Shown piece by piece: positions 1 through 8,800 of a DNA stretch of 43,073 bases. The notes under the pieces are model-generated. The model was not told the DNA's origin. It worked only from the letters and a program-made list of their open reading frames with translations, and did not search any database. The first letter of the stretch is position 1. The number at the start of each line of letters is the position of its first letter. The position numbers and the translations under genes are program-made. The stretch comes from a virus (Duplodnaviria; Caudoviricetes), in IMG/VR virus record IMGVR_UViG_3300049033_000012, positions 1 to 43,073 of that record; one strand, written 5' to 3'.

Positions 1-375
1 GTCGAAGGGCTCACCCTCACGCTGGATGACGGCCAGAAATTCGACCTGATCGAAACTGAGCGGATGGTTTCGGGCGTGGTATATCAGCCGATAGAAGACC
101 CGGACGTGTACCGCTGGATGCTGGACGTCCTGCAGGTGGCTATGGAGAACAAGCAGCTCGCGATAATGAAAAAGGTAAGGCCCTTCTTCGAACTGGCGAG
201 GTTCGCCGAATGCCCGTCATGTAACGACCGGTTCGGCCGGCGTGAGGACTGCGCAACCTGCAGCGGCTTTGGCTTCGTCGAGAAACCCCGTCACATGGGA
301 AAACTTCCAGCGCAATGCCAAGGTCAACCGAGCACGGCCAGCCAACCAGGGGAACAGCATGTGCGGCGGAGTTGA
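1..375 (+). CDS. Hypothetical protein, 5'-partial, with C-terminal CxxC...CxxCxGxG zinc-finger-like motif
   Basis: Frame is open from base 1; contains CPSC and CATCSGFG; overlaps the start of the next gene. Confidence 0.55.
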   Translation, partial: VEGLTLTLDDGQKFDLIETERMVSGVVYQPIEDPDVYRWMLDVLQVAMENKQLAIMKKVRPFFELARFAECPSCNDRFGRREDCATCSGFGFVEKPRHMGKLPAQCQGQPSTASQPGEQHVRRS

Positions 376-811
376 AGCAGCAGACAAAAATCGGGCATAC
401 GAACGGGTCAAGGTATATTTCCCGAACCCCAAGGCAGCGTTTCCCGTGGTGCTGGAAGACGGGACAGATCTGGGGTGGGTGCGATGGGGTCGGCGCCGTG
501 AAGAAAAAGGCACAGGCCCATCAGGGGGATGGGCGAAGCTGGAGACAGTCGAGCGTGGTGGATGGAAGAAGTACCACCCCCAACGGGCGCTTGGCCTGGT
601 GCAGCGATACATGGAGAAGGACGGCGAGCGCGTATCCCACTGGTTCGATATGAATGAGGGCTACGGGCTCGAGTGCCTGGTGCTGGGCGAGGAAGAGAAT
701 CGGCGCGTGTATGTCGTCACCACGTCGCCACCGGATGAGTTCGCCTGGATCCATGACCGGTGGCCGATGGTTGGGCAGCTTCCTGACGCTGTGGATGATC
801 CAATGCCCTGA
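359..811 (+). CDS. Compact SRAP (SOS response-associated peptidase, YedK/HMCES-like) family protein
   Basis: Starts MCGG (Cys2); RYME and IHDRWP match the SRAP Glu and HDRMP motifs; start chosen at the ATG at 359. Confidence 0.75.
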   Translation: MCGGVEAADKNRAYERVKVYFPNPKAAFPVVLEDGTDLGWVRWGRRREEKGTGPSGGWAKLETVERGGWKKYHPQRALGLVQRYMEKDGERVSHWFDMNEGYGLECLVLGEEENRRVYVVTTSPPDEFAWIHDRWPMVGQLPDAVDDPMP

Positions 812-1304
812 CGTACGCCTGGCAAGCCCGCAACGCGATCAACCCCCGGTCGCCGGCGTCGGTGATGGCGATAATTCGTTGAGCATGCGCTGGGTCAAGT
901 TGGGCTCTTGCTCCTCCATGAACCACGCCGCCGGCGCCGGCGGTGGGAGGCACCGCGTTGCAACTGGCTGGATCCTCGGCAACGAGGACTGACAGCCGCA
1001 CATCAGCAGTGGCAAGGCGATCGCGCAGGCGATCCTGGTTCGTTTGAGCATCGCTCAGTTCCTTGTGGTGGGTTTGGTCATTGGCGGTCAGCCGTTGTTC
1101 AAGGGCCAGGCGCTTGGCCTGCTCTGCTTGAACTTGGTCTGCGGCGGCGCTGCCGATCTTGGCGAGGTCGGATAGATGCGAGTTGGTCTGCTCGGCCAGT
1201 CGGCCGCTATACCGCCAATCCTGCACTTTCCACGTCGTGCTGATCGCCAGGATCAACGCCACGGCCACGGCCGCAATCATCAGCTTCAGCGAGGCCGGAC
1301 TCAT
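717..1304 (-). CDS. Rz: i-spanin (Rz-like)
   Basis: N-terminal TM helix, coiled coil, LRACQAYV near the C-terminus; ATGA overlap with the endolysin stop. Confidence 0.88.
   Translation of the reverse strand: MSPASLKLMIAAVAVALILAISTTWKVQDWRYSGRLAEQTNSHLSDLAKIGSAAADQVQAEQAKRLALEQRLTANDQTHHKELSDAQTNQDRLRDRLATADVRLSVLVAEDPASCNAVPPTAGAGGVVHGGARAQLDPAHAQRIIAITDAGDRGLIALRACQAYVRALDHPQRQEAAQPSATGHGSRRTHPVATW
839..1051 (-). CDS. Rz1: o-spanin lipoprotein (Rz1-like), embedded in Rz
   Basis: Signal peptide with lipobox-like LLMCGC, Pro-rich mature part, nested in an alternative frame of Rz. Confidence 0.85.
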   Translation of the reverse strand: MLKRTRIACAIALPLLMCGCQSSLPRIQPVATRCLPPPAPAAWFMEEQEPNLTQRMLNELSPSPTPATGG

Positions 1305-1834
1305 GCCAGCACCGCCTGAGCCTTTTTCCAAAGAGCCATTCGATCGGCCAGCCCGTTGAGCCCACCATTAATTCGGCGGGTGATTCTTTCGAACTCGCCG
1401 GCATCCGCCAGGGTGTTCAGCCCGAGAGTTGACCAGAACCACGCAGCAGACATAGCCGCATGCTCGGGCTGCTCTAGCAGCTCAGGTTGATTGATCAGGT
1501 CCAGGGCCAGCGCTTCACCGCACTCTGCGTAATTGGCTCGGCCGGTGATCTGGATCAGGCCTCGCCCCCGATACTTCGACCCATCGCCCTTCTCCGTATT
1601 GCCAAGATCGGAACGCCCTTCGTACCTGGCCTGTTGCGCGGTCGGGCCCCATATCTCACGCACCCACAGCAACTGACCAGACTCGTGGCCGACCTGGGCG
1701 ATAAAGGCGGCCACACGCTGGCGGCCAATAATCTGGTACCGGCCCATGGCTGTGTTGAGGGCAGGCGCAAAAACGCCGGCTTTGGCGCCGGCGTTCGGGA
1801 GGATCTGCAGCAACTGCTGCGCGGTAACTGGCAT
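1301..1834 (-). CDS. Endolysin, glycoside hydrolase family 19
   Basis: AQVGHESG, YRGRGLIQITGRANY and ITRRINGGLNG motifs; start MPVTAQQ follows a GGAG RBS. Confidence 0.95.
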   Translation of the reverse strand: MPVTAQQLLQILPNAGAKAGVFAPALNTAMGRYQIIGRQRVAAFIAQVGHESGQLLWVREIWGPTAQQARYEGRSDLGNTEKGDGSKYRGRGLIQITGRANYAECGEALALDLINQPELLEQPEHAAMSAAWFWSTLGLNTLADAGEFERITRRINGGLNGLADRMALWKKAQAVLA

Positions 1835-1849
1835 GGCTTTCTCCAGACG

Positions 1850-1873
1850 AAAAAAGCCCACAATAGGCGGGCT
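1850..1873 (-). terminator. Putative intrinsic terminator between tail-tip genes and endolysin
   Basis: Minus strand reads AGCCCGCCTATTGTGGGCTTTTTT (hairpin plus T-tract). Confidence 0.6.
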
Positions 1874-1905
1874 GGGATAGTTGAGTTATCGAGCGGGAAC
1901 CGCTT

Positions 1906-2580
1906 TTACAATTTTGCGAAAACTGCGGGAAGAAAGAACGCGAAGGGATTGCCAGCCCCGACTGTCAAGGCGTAAAGATTTCCGCCAGAGAAATCCCACC
2001 AGCAATATAAAGCCCTGCTAAAGGGGTCATCATTAAGCATGGGCATGCTAAAACTATTTATCAGCATGTGTTCGCCTGCTGGAAAGTTGAAAGCGACACG
2101 GTAATAGTTTCTAGGCGTGCCCTGAGCAGTAGAGTCTGTTTTGACATAGGACCAGTTCTGAAATGCCCGGGTGAACCTGGCGTACGGGGTTCCGCTATCG
2201 AACAAAAGTTTCGAGCTACCATCCCACAATCGCATCCCAAATTCAGCCAGTGCAGTAGCTGCAAAACCACAGGCAAAATAAGACCCGTTTGGCTGAAGTG
2301 TATTTACGTCGTAAGCCCTCACATAAAAGCCAGTCCAAGCACCTGGCGACCCTAGGACGCGCATCTGGCACAGACCGGCAATACCGCTAGTGGCCGAGGG
2401 CCTGATGAAAACAAGCGGGGGCTCCTGGCTTGTTATTGCCCGAGGGAACGACGTAACCGACCCCAGCCCAGATTCTTGCGTTGGAGAATAAGTCCCCTTC
2501 GCCAGAACAACGAGCCGAGTAAATTCGGAGTCAACTGTTACAACGTTGCTTTCGTTTGTGAATTCTAAACCATATGTCAT
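1906..2580 (-). CDS. Tail-tip associated hypothetical protein (possible receptor-binding component)
   Basis: Downstream of J; MTYGLEF start and an internal FGMRLWDG repeat typical of post-J proteins. Confidence 0.7.
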   Translation of the reverse strand: MTYGLEFTNESNVVTVDSEFTRLVVLAKGTYSPTQESGLGSVTSFPRAITSQEPPLVFIRPSATSGIAGLCQMRVLGSPGAWTGFYVRAYDVNTLQPNGSYFACGFAATALAEFGMRLWDGSSKLLFDSGTPYARFTRAFQNWSYVKTDSTAQGTPRNYYRVAFNFPAGEHMLINSFSMPMLNDDPFSRALYCWWDFSGGNLYALTVGAGNPFAFFLPAVFAKL

Positions 2581-2903
2581 TAGGAGAACCTTATAACAAT
2601 GAGTCGCATGGTTGAACTTGTAGTACTACTGTACTGAGCCCTCCCTCTGATGAAGCTATAGACCCTTACTGCCCCAGCAATTATCTCTGTTTCAAGCTGC
2701 ATATCCACAGAGGCGTTGTAGGAGCCAACCGGAACTACAAAAGCCGCACCATTTGTCGTAGTCAGTCCCGGCACCGATATTGTTTGGAAGTTTGCGGAGT
2801 TCGACCCTTTCACCACAGAGCTATGCACAACGCGCATAGTGAATGATGTTTCGTCGAGACTAACGTTTCCGTCTTCATCCCAGATTTTTAATCCGTAACT
2901 CAT
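2580..2903 (-). CDS. Tail-tip associated hypothetical protein
   Basis: MSYGLKIWDEDG start; overlaps the J stop. Confidence 0.7.
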   Translation of the reverse strand: MSYGLKIWDEDGNVSLDETSFTMRVVHSSVVKGSNSANFQTISVPGLTTTNGAAFVVPVGSYNASVDMQLETEIIAGAVRVYSFIRGRAQYSSTTSSTMRLIVIRFS

Positions 2904-5900
2904 GCGGATAGGTCTCCTAACTGAACCCGTTTAACGCCATTCTCGTCATACACCTTGATCGCGCGGTTGGTCATCGCCAGCCTGCCGCCGCCGGGCGCCG
3001 GGCCGTTGAACTCCAGATTACCGGCCTTATCCAGGCGCCAGCCCTGCGTGCCGGCCACGTAGTTGTCAGACTGCAACGCTTGCCCGATCTTCAGCATGCT
3101 GATGCTGCCGTCACGGATGAACGCGGTGTCTATGTACGCCGCGCCCCCCTGAATGACAAACGGGTAAAAGACGTTGGTGGTGTTTGGATCGACAACGGCA
3201 AAACGACTCGCCGCGATCAGAACCTGGCTGGTGATGATCCCTTCGTCATTCTCAACACCAATGCCGATACCGGCGAGATACGGCTTCCCGTCAACGGTGA
3301 GCTGCGTCTTGATGCTGTACATCGCCGCCAGCTCGGTCTTGAGTGCTTCGACCTCAATCTGAGCACCGCCGCCAGAGTCAATTTTTTCCAGCAGGTGCTG
3401 ACTCAACTGGGTTTCCGTGATCTGGTCGTTCAGGTAATCGAGGATTGGCCCGGCGTCGGCCGAGGATTGGCCGAACACCGGACCGAAGAAGGACCCAATA
3501 TTTCCGATCCGATCAACCAGGCGAGCCCAGAAGAAAAACGTTTTCCCAGAGGCAAGGCCCATGATGGTCAGGTCGGTCTGCGGATAAGCGTAATCGCCAA
3601 ACTTGATCGCACTGGCGATCTGATTGGTTTCGCTGTACCAAATTTCCGTTCGCTGCAAATCAGCGGTGTTGAGATCTTGGGGGATTCCCCATTTGAGCTT
3701 GATCCCGAACACAATCGAGTCGGCCGTAAACGAGGAGACCACCGGCGGCGGGGTTGTCTTCCCGTTCAGCACCGTTTCTTCGGATGTCGCAAAGACTGAT
3801 CCGATGTCGAGTGAGTTGATTGCCCTGACCTTGGCGACGTACCTCCCTGCATAGATCCCGCTGACGTCGACGGACGTGGTGCCGGTGCGACCCGCGAAGA
3901 TCCAGTCGCCATCGTTTTTGCGCCAATACACCTCGTATGCGATCGCCGAATCTGGCTTATCCCAGCTGATTGTCATGACGCTGACCGCGCTGCCTTGATC
4001 GACGAAATGGTCATTGGTGACGGTGATGTTTGTTGGCGGGTTTTGGATGCTTGGCGGGATTACCGTAATCGGCGGCTGTTCAATACGGCTGCCGTTATCG
4101 ATGGCTCCGTATTTGCTCGAGTTGTGGCGAACAGCGCTGATCGTGAACTTGATGTCCGTATCAGAGAAATCCTCTACCACTGACATCACGCGGAACTGCT
4201 GAACCGCCAGCGTTGACGAGTCAATTGCCCACATGGAATGGCGGGGAGGCAAATCATCCAGCGGCTCAGCCAGCACCACCTGCTGCACCTCAGAAGGGAA
4301 GCCAGTGGTATCGAAAGTGATATTCCCGTTATCCCAAGTGATGCCGGTGCTGTCCCAGGTCAGCGGGTAGCCAACAGACAGGATGGAGCGCGAGACGGCC
4401 TTGCCGTTGGGCATGATCAAGGTGATGGTGTCACCCGGGAAGGCAGTCACATCAGCATCGAGAACCAGCGTGTCCAGGGTGGATGAGCGGAGACGACCAC
4501 CAATACGGCGGCCAGCGCGGTCATTGTCAGCGATGCGGATGATTTGCCCGGGGCGAGCCAGTGTCCCATCCAGGCCAACAGAGAAGCCAACGCTTTCTGT
4601 CTCCAGGCGGTTGGTGAGCAAGACCCACTTCCCTACCCTTTGAGCCTGGGCCTGGGACGTGCAGCCGGTCGCGGTGATCTCGGTTTGCTGGATGCCGTAC
4701 CGTGTAATCCCGGCCTGATCATCGACATATTCGACCTTCTGGCGGTAGAAGTCGGCTGGGTCGTTCCAGCTCACCAGGGCGACGGTGTAGCGCGTTTTCT
4801 TTGCCGAGCCGGTGTAACCAAACTTGCCGTCTATGACGTTGGCATTCGAATACGTGTACACCGGATCCTCTGGAATATCGGCCACGGCCATCACCGAGCC
4901 AGCCGCCCAATAAGCCATGCCACGGAACGTGGTTGCCAGGTCCTGGAGCACGCGCAGCGCGTCGGCGCGGACGGATAAATAGAGGTTGCAGGTAAATCGC
5001 GGCTCTGTCCCGCCCTTACCGTCCGGAACCGGCTGATCGCAGTACTGGCCGATCCGATAGAGCTCCCACTTGTCGATTTGCCCAGCATTCAGCAGATGCC
5101 CAAGGCCGTAGCGGTAATGCAGCAGTAAGTCGTAGAAAATCCAGGCCGGGTTATCGGTCCAGGCGCTCTTGAAGCTCCCGGCCCAGATGCCCGTGTAGAT
5201 TCGGGTGTCTGGGTCGTAGTTGCTCGGAACCTTGATGATGCGGCCATACAAATCGAACGCCCGGGTGGGGATCGACTGAAACTGCGACGCGTCGAATTGG
5301 ACGCCGATAATGGCGGAGCCTGGATAGCGCAGCTTGGCATCAATGACTTCGGTGATCGCGTCTACGTTTGTCGTGTCGGCTATGGTTCCGCTCGTTGAGT
5401 TTGGGGTGATCCGAACGACACGAACCTGCCATCCACTGGAAGCCGCGGGCAAATCTACCCGATGGGATCGCTCGTATTTGGAGGAAGTCTTCCCGCTGAA
5501 TGCCGCTGCCAGCACCTGCACATAAGGGCCGCCATCGGAAGATAGCTCGATTTTGTAGCGCACCGTGTAGCCGTTGGTGTCGCCATTGCTGGTATTGGTT
5601 TGCGCCAGGCGTGGGACTGACAGGCGAATGCGCACAGCAGAAAGCTGCAGGTTGGTGATAGCCCTCACCCAGGGCTGATCGGAGCGCAGCTCGACGCCGA
5701 TACCAATCTCGCTCTCGACCGCAGGGAATCCTGGAATGTGCAACTGATCCTGGCTGCCGGTGCGCACGTCCTGAGTGACGCCACTGAAGTTGATCGTCCC
5801 ATCAGCGCTGGCGAGTGGTGTTTCGTCAAGGAAGGTCGATCGCATGCCATCAACGAGGCCGCGGATCTCTCCCTCACTCACCAGGTCGAGAATTCTGGCA

Positions 5901-5992
5901 AACGCCGTGCTTTGCAGATTGTCTGGCGCCTCAACGGATGGACGCGGCTTCGACTCGCCACCTTTGCTGCCGGCGATAGCTGGATTGATCAT
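2900..5992 (-). CDS. J: Central tail fibre / host specificity protein J
   Basis: GSKGG, LVSEGEIRGL, WTDNPAWIFYDLL, EPRFTCN motifs, FN3-like repeats and SDNYVAGTQGWRLDK; 1030 aa. Confidence 0.95.
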   Translation of the reverse strand: MINPAIAGSKGGESKPRPSVEAPDNLQSTAFARILDLVSEGEIRGLVDGMRSTFLDETPLASADGTINFSGVTQDVRTGSQDQLHIPGFPAVESEIGIGVELRSDQPWVRAITNLQLSAVRIRLSVPRLAQTNTSNGDTNGYTVRYKIELSSDGGPYVQVLAAAFSGKTSSKYERSHRVDLPAASSGWQVRVVRITPNSTSGTIADTTNVDAITEVIDAKLRYPGSAIIGVQFDASQFQSIPTRAFDLYGRIIKVPSNYDPDTRIYTGIWAGSFKSAWTDNPAWIFYDLLLHYRYGLGHLLNAGQIDKWELYRIGQYCDQPVPDGKGGTEPRFTCNLYLSVRADALRVLQDLATTFRGMAYWAAGSVMAVADIPEDPVYTYSNANVIDGKFGYTGSAKKTRYTVALVSWNDPADFYRQKVEYVDDQAGITRYGIQQTEITATGCTSQAQAQRVGKWVLLTNRLETESVGFSVGLDGTLARPGQIIRIADNDRAGRRIGGRLRSSTLDTLVLDADVTAFPGDTITLIMPNGKAVSRSILSVGYPLTWDSTGITWDNGNITFDTTGFPSEVQQVVLAEPLDDLPPRHSMWAIDSSTLAVQQFRVMSVVEDFSDTDIKFTISAVRHNSSKYGAIDNGSRIEQPPITVIPPSIQNPPTNITVTNDHFVDQGSAVSVMTISWDKPDSAIAYEVYWRKNDGDWIFAGRTGTTSVDVSGIYAGRYVAKVRAINSLDIGSVFATSEETVLNGKTTPPPVVSSFTADSIVFGIKLKWGIPQDLNTADLQRTEIWYSETNQIASAIKFGDYAYPQTDLTIMGLASGKTFFFWARLVDRIGNIGSFFGPVFGQSSADAGPILDYLNDQITETQLSQHLLEKIDSGGGAQIEVEALKTELAAMYSIKTQLTVDGKPYLAGIGIGVENDEGIITSQVLIAASRFAVVDPNTTNVFYPFVIQGGAAYIDTAFIRDGSISMLKIGQALQSDNYVAGTQGWRLDKAGNLEFNGPAPGGGRLAMTNRAIKVYDENGVKRVQLGDLSA

Positions 5993-6049
5993 GGCTTTCC
6001 TTCAGGCAAAAAAATACCCGCACGATGGCGGGCTGTTTGGGAGTTAGGT

Positions 6050-6631
6050 TTACATCTGGTCTTCGGAGTAGATCCCGGCGCTGACCACGGCGCTGCCGAC
6101 GATCATCCGTCCATAGAGCAGAGGCACGCATCCGCCCTGTACGCTGGTGTTGACGGCACCATTGAAACTGTAGCTGGGTCGATTGTTCGGGCTGTCTTGA
6201 GTACCCAGGCCTTTTGCCTGGGGGCTGAGCATTTGGATAACGCCACCAGCCACCAGTGCGATGCCGACTGGCGCGAGTGCCTGGAAGCCTGGAATAAACG
6301 AAGCCGCAATCAGTATCGCCCCTACGATCGTTTGAAGCAGGCCGGCGCGCTTCGAACCATGAATAACAGGAACGATTCGAATCACGTCTTTTCCAGTGGG
6401 CTTCTCAAGATCATCCTCGTTGATGTTCTCCTTGCCGTTGAATACAGCAAAGCGAAGACCTTTGGCCTCGCTCTCAAGCATAAACCTCTCAAACCCGGAG
6501 AATTGTTTGAAGTAGCCGATGATGTCTCGCCAGCCTGCGCCGGTGGTCATGCGATGCTCGCGTTTACCTGTGATCCTCGCCAATTGCTTGCTCACAATAA
6601 CGGTTTGCATTTTCTCGATCTGCTGAAGCAT
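6050..6631 (-). CDS. I: Tail assembly protein I
   Basis: IRIVPVIHGSKRAG and VPLLYGRMIVGSAVVSAGI motifs; ATG at 6631 follows GGAG. Confidence 0.92.
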   Translation of the reverse strand: MLQQIEKMQTVIVSKQLARITGKREHRMTTGAGWRDIIGYFKQFSGFERFMLESEAKGLRFAVFNGKENINEDDLEKPTGKDVIRIVPVIHGSKRAGLLQTIVGAILIAASFIPGFQALAPVGIALVAGGVIQMLSPQAKGLGTQDSPNNRPSYSFNGAVNTSVQGGCVPLLYGRMIVGSAVVSAGIYSEDQM

Positions 6632-6648
6632 GTTTTTCTCCTGGCAAT

Positions 6649-6670
6649 AAAAAACCGCCCGAAGGCGGCT
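6649..6670 (-). terminator. Putative intrinsic terminator after the lipoprotein moron
   Basis: Minus strand reads AGCCGCCTTCGGGCGGTTTTTT. Confidence 0.7.
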
Positions 6671-6683
6671 TTCAGTGTTTCGA

Positions 6684-7028
6684 TCACAGGCAGTTTCTAA
6701 CCGCCTGTTCCATGTCACCCCGCCCATACCCGGGGGCCCATGCCATGCGCTGATAAAGTCTTACCGTGCTGCCTTTTGATGTTCTTTTTATGCTGAGAAG
6801 CTCATCCGTCATGTTGCTGCTTGCCGCAATCAATCTATACCCATGCTCTGTCTCCGACATCGAAACATCACTGCGGGCGTCCTGCCACCGAGGGAGCACG
6901 CACAGGGCATACCGCTTGGGATCTTTCGCGGTGCTAGCCGAGATGCTTGGATCTTTCGACTCAAGGTCGCCGGGCGATACACACCCAGCCAGCAAAGCAA
7001 CAGCTACCGCGCCTACGAACAATCTCAT
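6684..7028 (-). CDS. Lipoprotein moron
   Basis: MRLFVGAVAVALLAGC lipobox, GGAG RBS, followed by its own terminator. Confidence 0.85.
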   Translation of the reverse strand: MRLFVGAVAVALLAGCVSPGDLESKDPSISASTAKDPKRYALCVLPRWQDARSDVSMSETEHGYRLIAASSNMTDELLSIKRTSKGSTVRLYQRMAWAPGYGRGDMEQAVRNCL

Positions 7029-7165
7029 GAGGTCACTCCTGTGGAAGATGGACCAAGATATCACCGCACGAGCTGTCTGGGCATCCAGCATGGACGAAAG
7101 CCCAGTAACTGGATTGGATCCGATAGTAGTAGCGTTGTGCCTCCAAAACAAACGGAGTGCTTTTT

Positions 7166-7756
7166 ATGGCGCAATATGCCTCTGATACCGTCAAATACTT
7201 AAGCCAAACCGACGAGCCCAGTGCAGCTCACTGGACCAAGGTGTACGGCGTTGGCTCGATTGTCCCTGTCTCCGGGATCTACCGATGCAGGGGCTGCGGG
7301 GATGAAATCACCTCCAATAAAGACGATCCTTTCCCTCCCCAGAACAAGCACCAGCATAGCAACCAGAAACTCGAAATTTGGTGGGAGCTGATTGTAAAAA
7401 CCCAACACGACTGGATCTGGTCGGTGAGAATCCTCCCAGTCCTTTGCCTGCAAGCCCAAGGACTGGGATTGCGCCAATTTCGGCGCGTTTATGACCTGGA
7501 GGTCAATGTGAGTGAACAAAAAACAGTAGACCAGCGCCTAGCCGAGTTAGAGCTAGCACTCAAGACAGCAATCGTGTTCAACATGAACGCGGCAGCAGTG
7601 CTTGGCAGACGGCTAGCCTTCGGTAACGACGCCATCGCAAACGTCATTTCTCAAGACCTGAAAAACTTGAAGTCGGAAAAATACGAGGGAATCGATAAGG
7701 CACTGCACGACAGCTACCTCGACAACCTGTCCCAGGCCATCACTGGTCGCGCTTGA
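7166..7756 (+). CDS. Moron ORF: N-terminal YjzC/'protein L'-like CxxC-HxH domain, read through into a second domain with its own GTG start at 7508
   Basis: VPVSGIYRCRGCGDEITSNKDDPFPPQNKHQH; internal GGAGGT RBS plus in-frame GTG at 7508. Confidence 0.7.
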   Translation: MAQYASDTVKYLSQTDEPSAAHWTKVYGVGSIVPVSGIYRCRGCGDEITSNKDDPFPPQNKHQHSNQKLEIWWELIVKTQHDWIWSVRILPVLCLQAQGLGLRQFRRVYDLEVNVSEQKTVDQRLAELELALKTAIVFNMNAAAVLGRRLAFGNDAIANVISQDLKNLKSEKYEGIDKALHDSYLDNLSQAITGRA

Positions 7757-7994
7757 ATCCAGCGGCGAAATAAAGGCCGGTTTGAGGGTGCTTTACCATC
7801 GCCACCCTCCAGCCGGTTCCGGAAGACTCGACGCGACCAGTTGTACTTTCAGAATTTCTCGACACTTTCTTATCCATAGTGCTCTCCTGCGGCCCCGCCG
7901 CCTTATTTGGTTTGGTATGCAGCTTTGTGCCTTAGAATCAGTCGTGTACGGTCAAGCCAGCCCCCCCCCCGAAGACAAAGATTTCGATAGGACT

Positions 7995-8780
7995 TCAGGG
8001 CAGGTTGCGCAAAAGCTTTGCATCCCGGTGCCGCCAGTATCCGACCGTAACCTCAGCCCAGTAACCGCCATAAACGTCTCGCTTGCTGTCTCTGTTGTAC
8101 AGGTGGTGCAAGATCGATCCGGGCGCAGGGTAATGCTCTAGCTCGGTCTTCAGCACACCGTCGGCCAGGTAGACCCCTGCGTGATTGGGTACCGGTGATC
8201 GGATCTGCATCAGCACGATATCGCCATGCTGAGGCGCTGAAACCCTTTCGAAGCCGGCCGCTGGAAGGTTGTCGAGGTACAGGTTTCCGCCTTTATCCCA
8301 CCAGCCATCCTCCCGCTCGTAACTGCCCAGGTCGATTCCCATCTCGCGCCGATAGAAGTCCAGAATGATGCTGAGGCAATCGTGAACGCCATGGGCGAAT
8401 TTACGGCCGATCAATGGAGCCAGATATCCCACCGGCGCAAAGCTCACCATTTCCCCGGCGCGCACAACACCATCGCCCCCCTTACGCACCTCAAGGATGT
8501 GCCAGGGTAATTCCGAGGCTTCGCATGAGACGCGGTCCGCCTCGCTGGGCGTGGCCGGGTAATCCGGATGGCTATGCACCACTGCCAATACCTGGCCTCG
8601 GTCCTCTGCAGCGGCGTAGTCCTCGGGCGCCAGGCGGAAATGCTCGCTGGGCGTCGAGGCCGTGTTTCGGCAGGACACGTACACCTCTTTGCGGCCTTCG
8701 CGCACCAACAGCCCGCAGGCCTCGCGCGGATACTCGGCCAAGGCATGAGCCTCAACCGCCGCTTTGTTTGCTTTGTTCAT
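7995..8780 (-). CDS. K: Tail assembly protein K (JAB + NlpC/P60)
   Basis: EYPREACG, VHSHP...SEAD (JAB); DCLS and NHAGVY...ILHH (NlpC). Confidence 0.95.
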   Translation of the reverse strand: MNKANKAAVEAHALAEYPREACGLLVREGRKEVYVSCRNTASTPSEHFRLAPEDYAAAEDRGQVLAVVHSHPDYPATPSEADRVSCEASELPWHILEVRKGGDGVVRAGEMVSFAPVGYLAPLIGRKFAHGVHDCLSIILDFYRREMGIDLGSYEREDGWWDKGGNLYLDNLPAAGFERVSAPQHGDIVLMQIRSPVPNHAGVYLADGVLKTELEHYPAPGSILHHLYNRDSKRDVYGGYWAEVTVGYWRHRDAKLLRNLP

Positions 8781-8800
8781 GGGGTGCGCTCGCTGAGGTG

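Noticed and set aside
7753-7877. Minus-strand ATG with a good RBS (MDKKSVEKF-stop)
   Set aside because: Only 9 codons; may be a decayed moron but cannot be supported
7961-7970. C10 homopolymer as a phase-variation tract
   Set aside because: Intergenic, and not within a convincing promoter spacer or ORF
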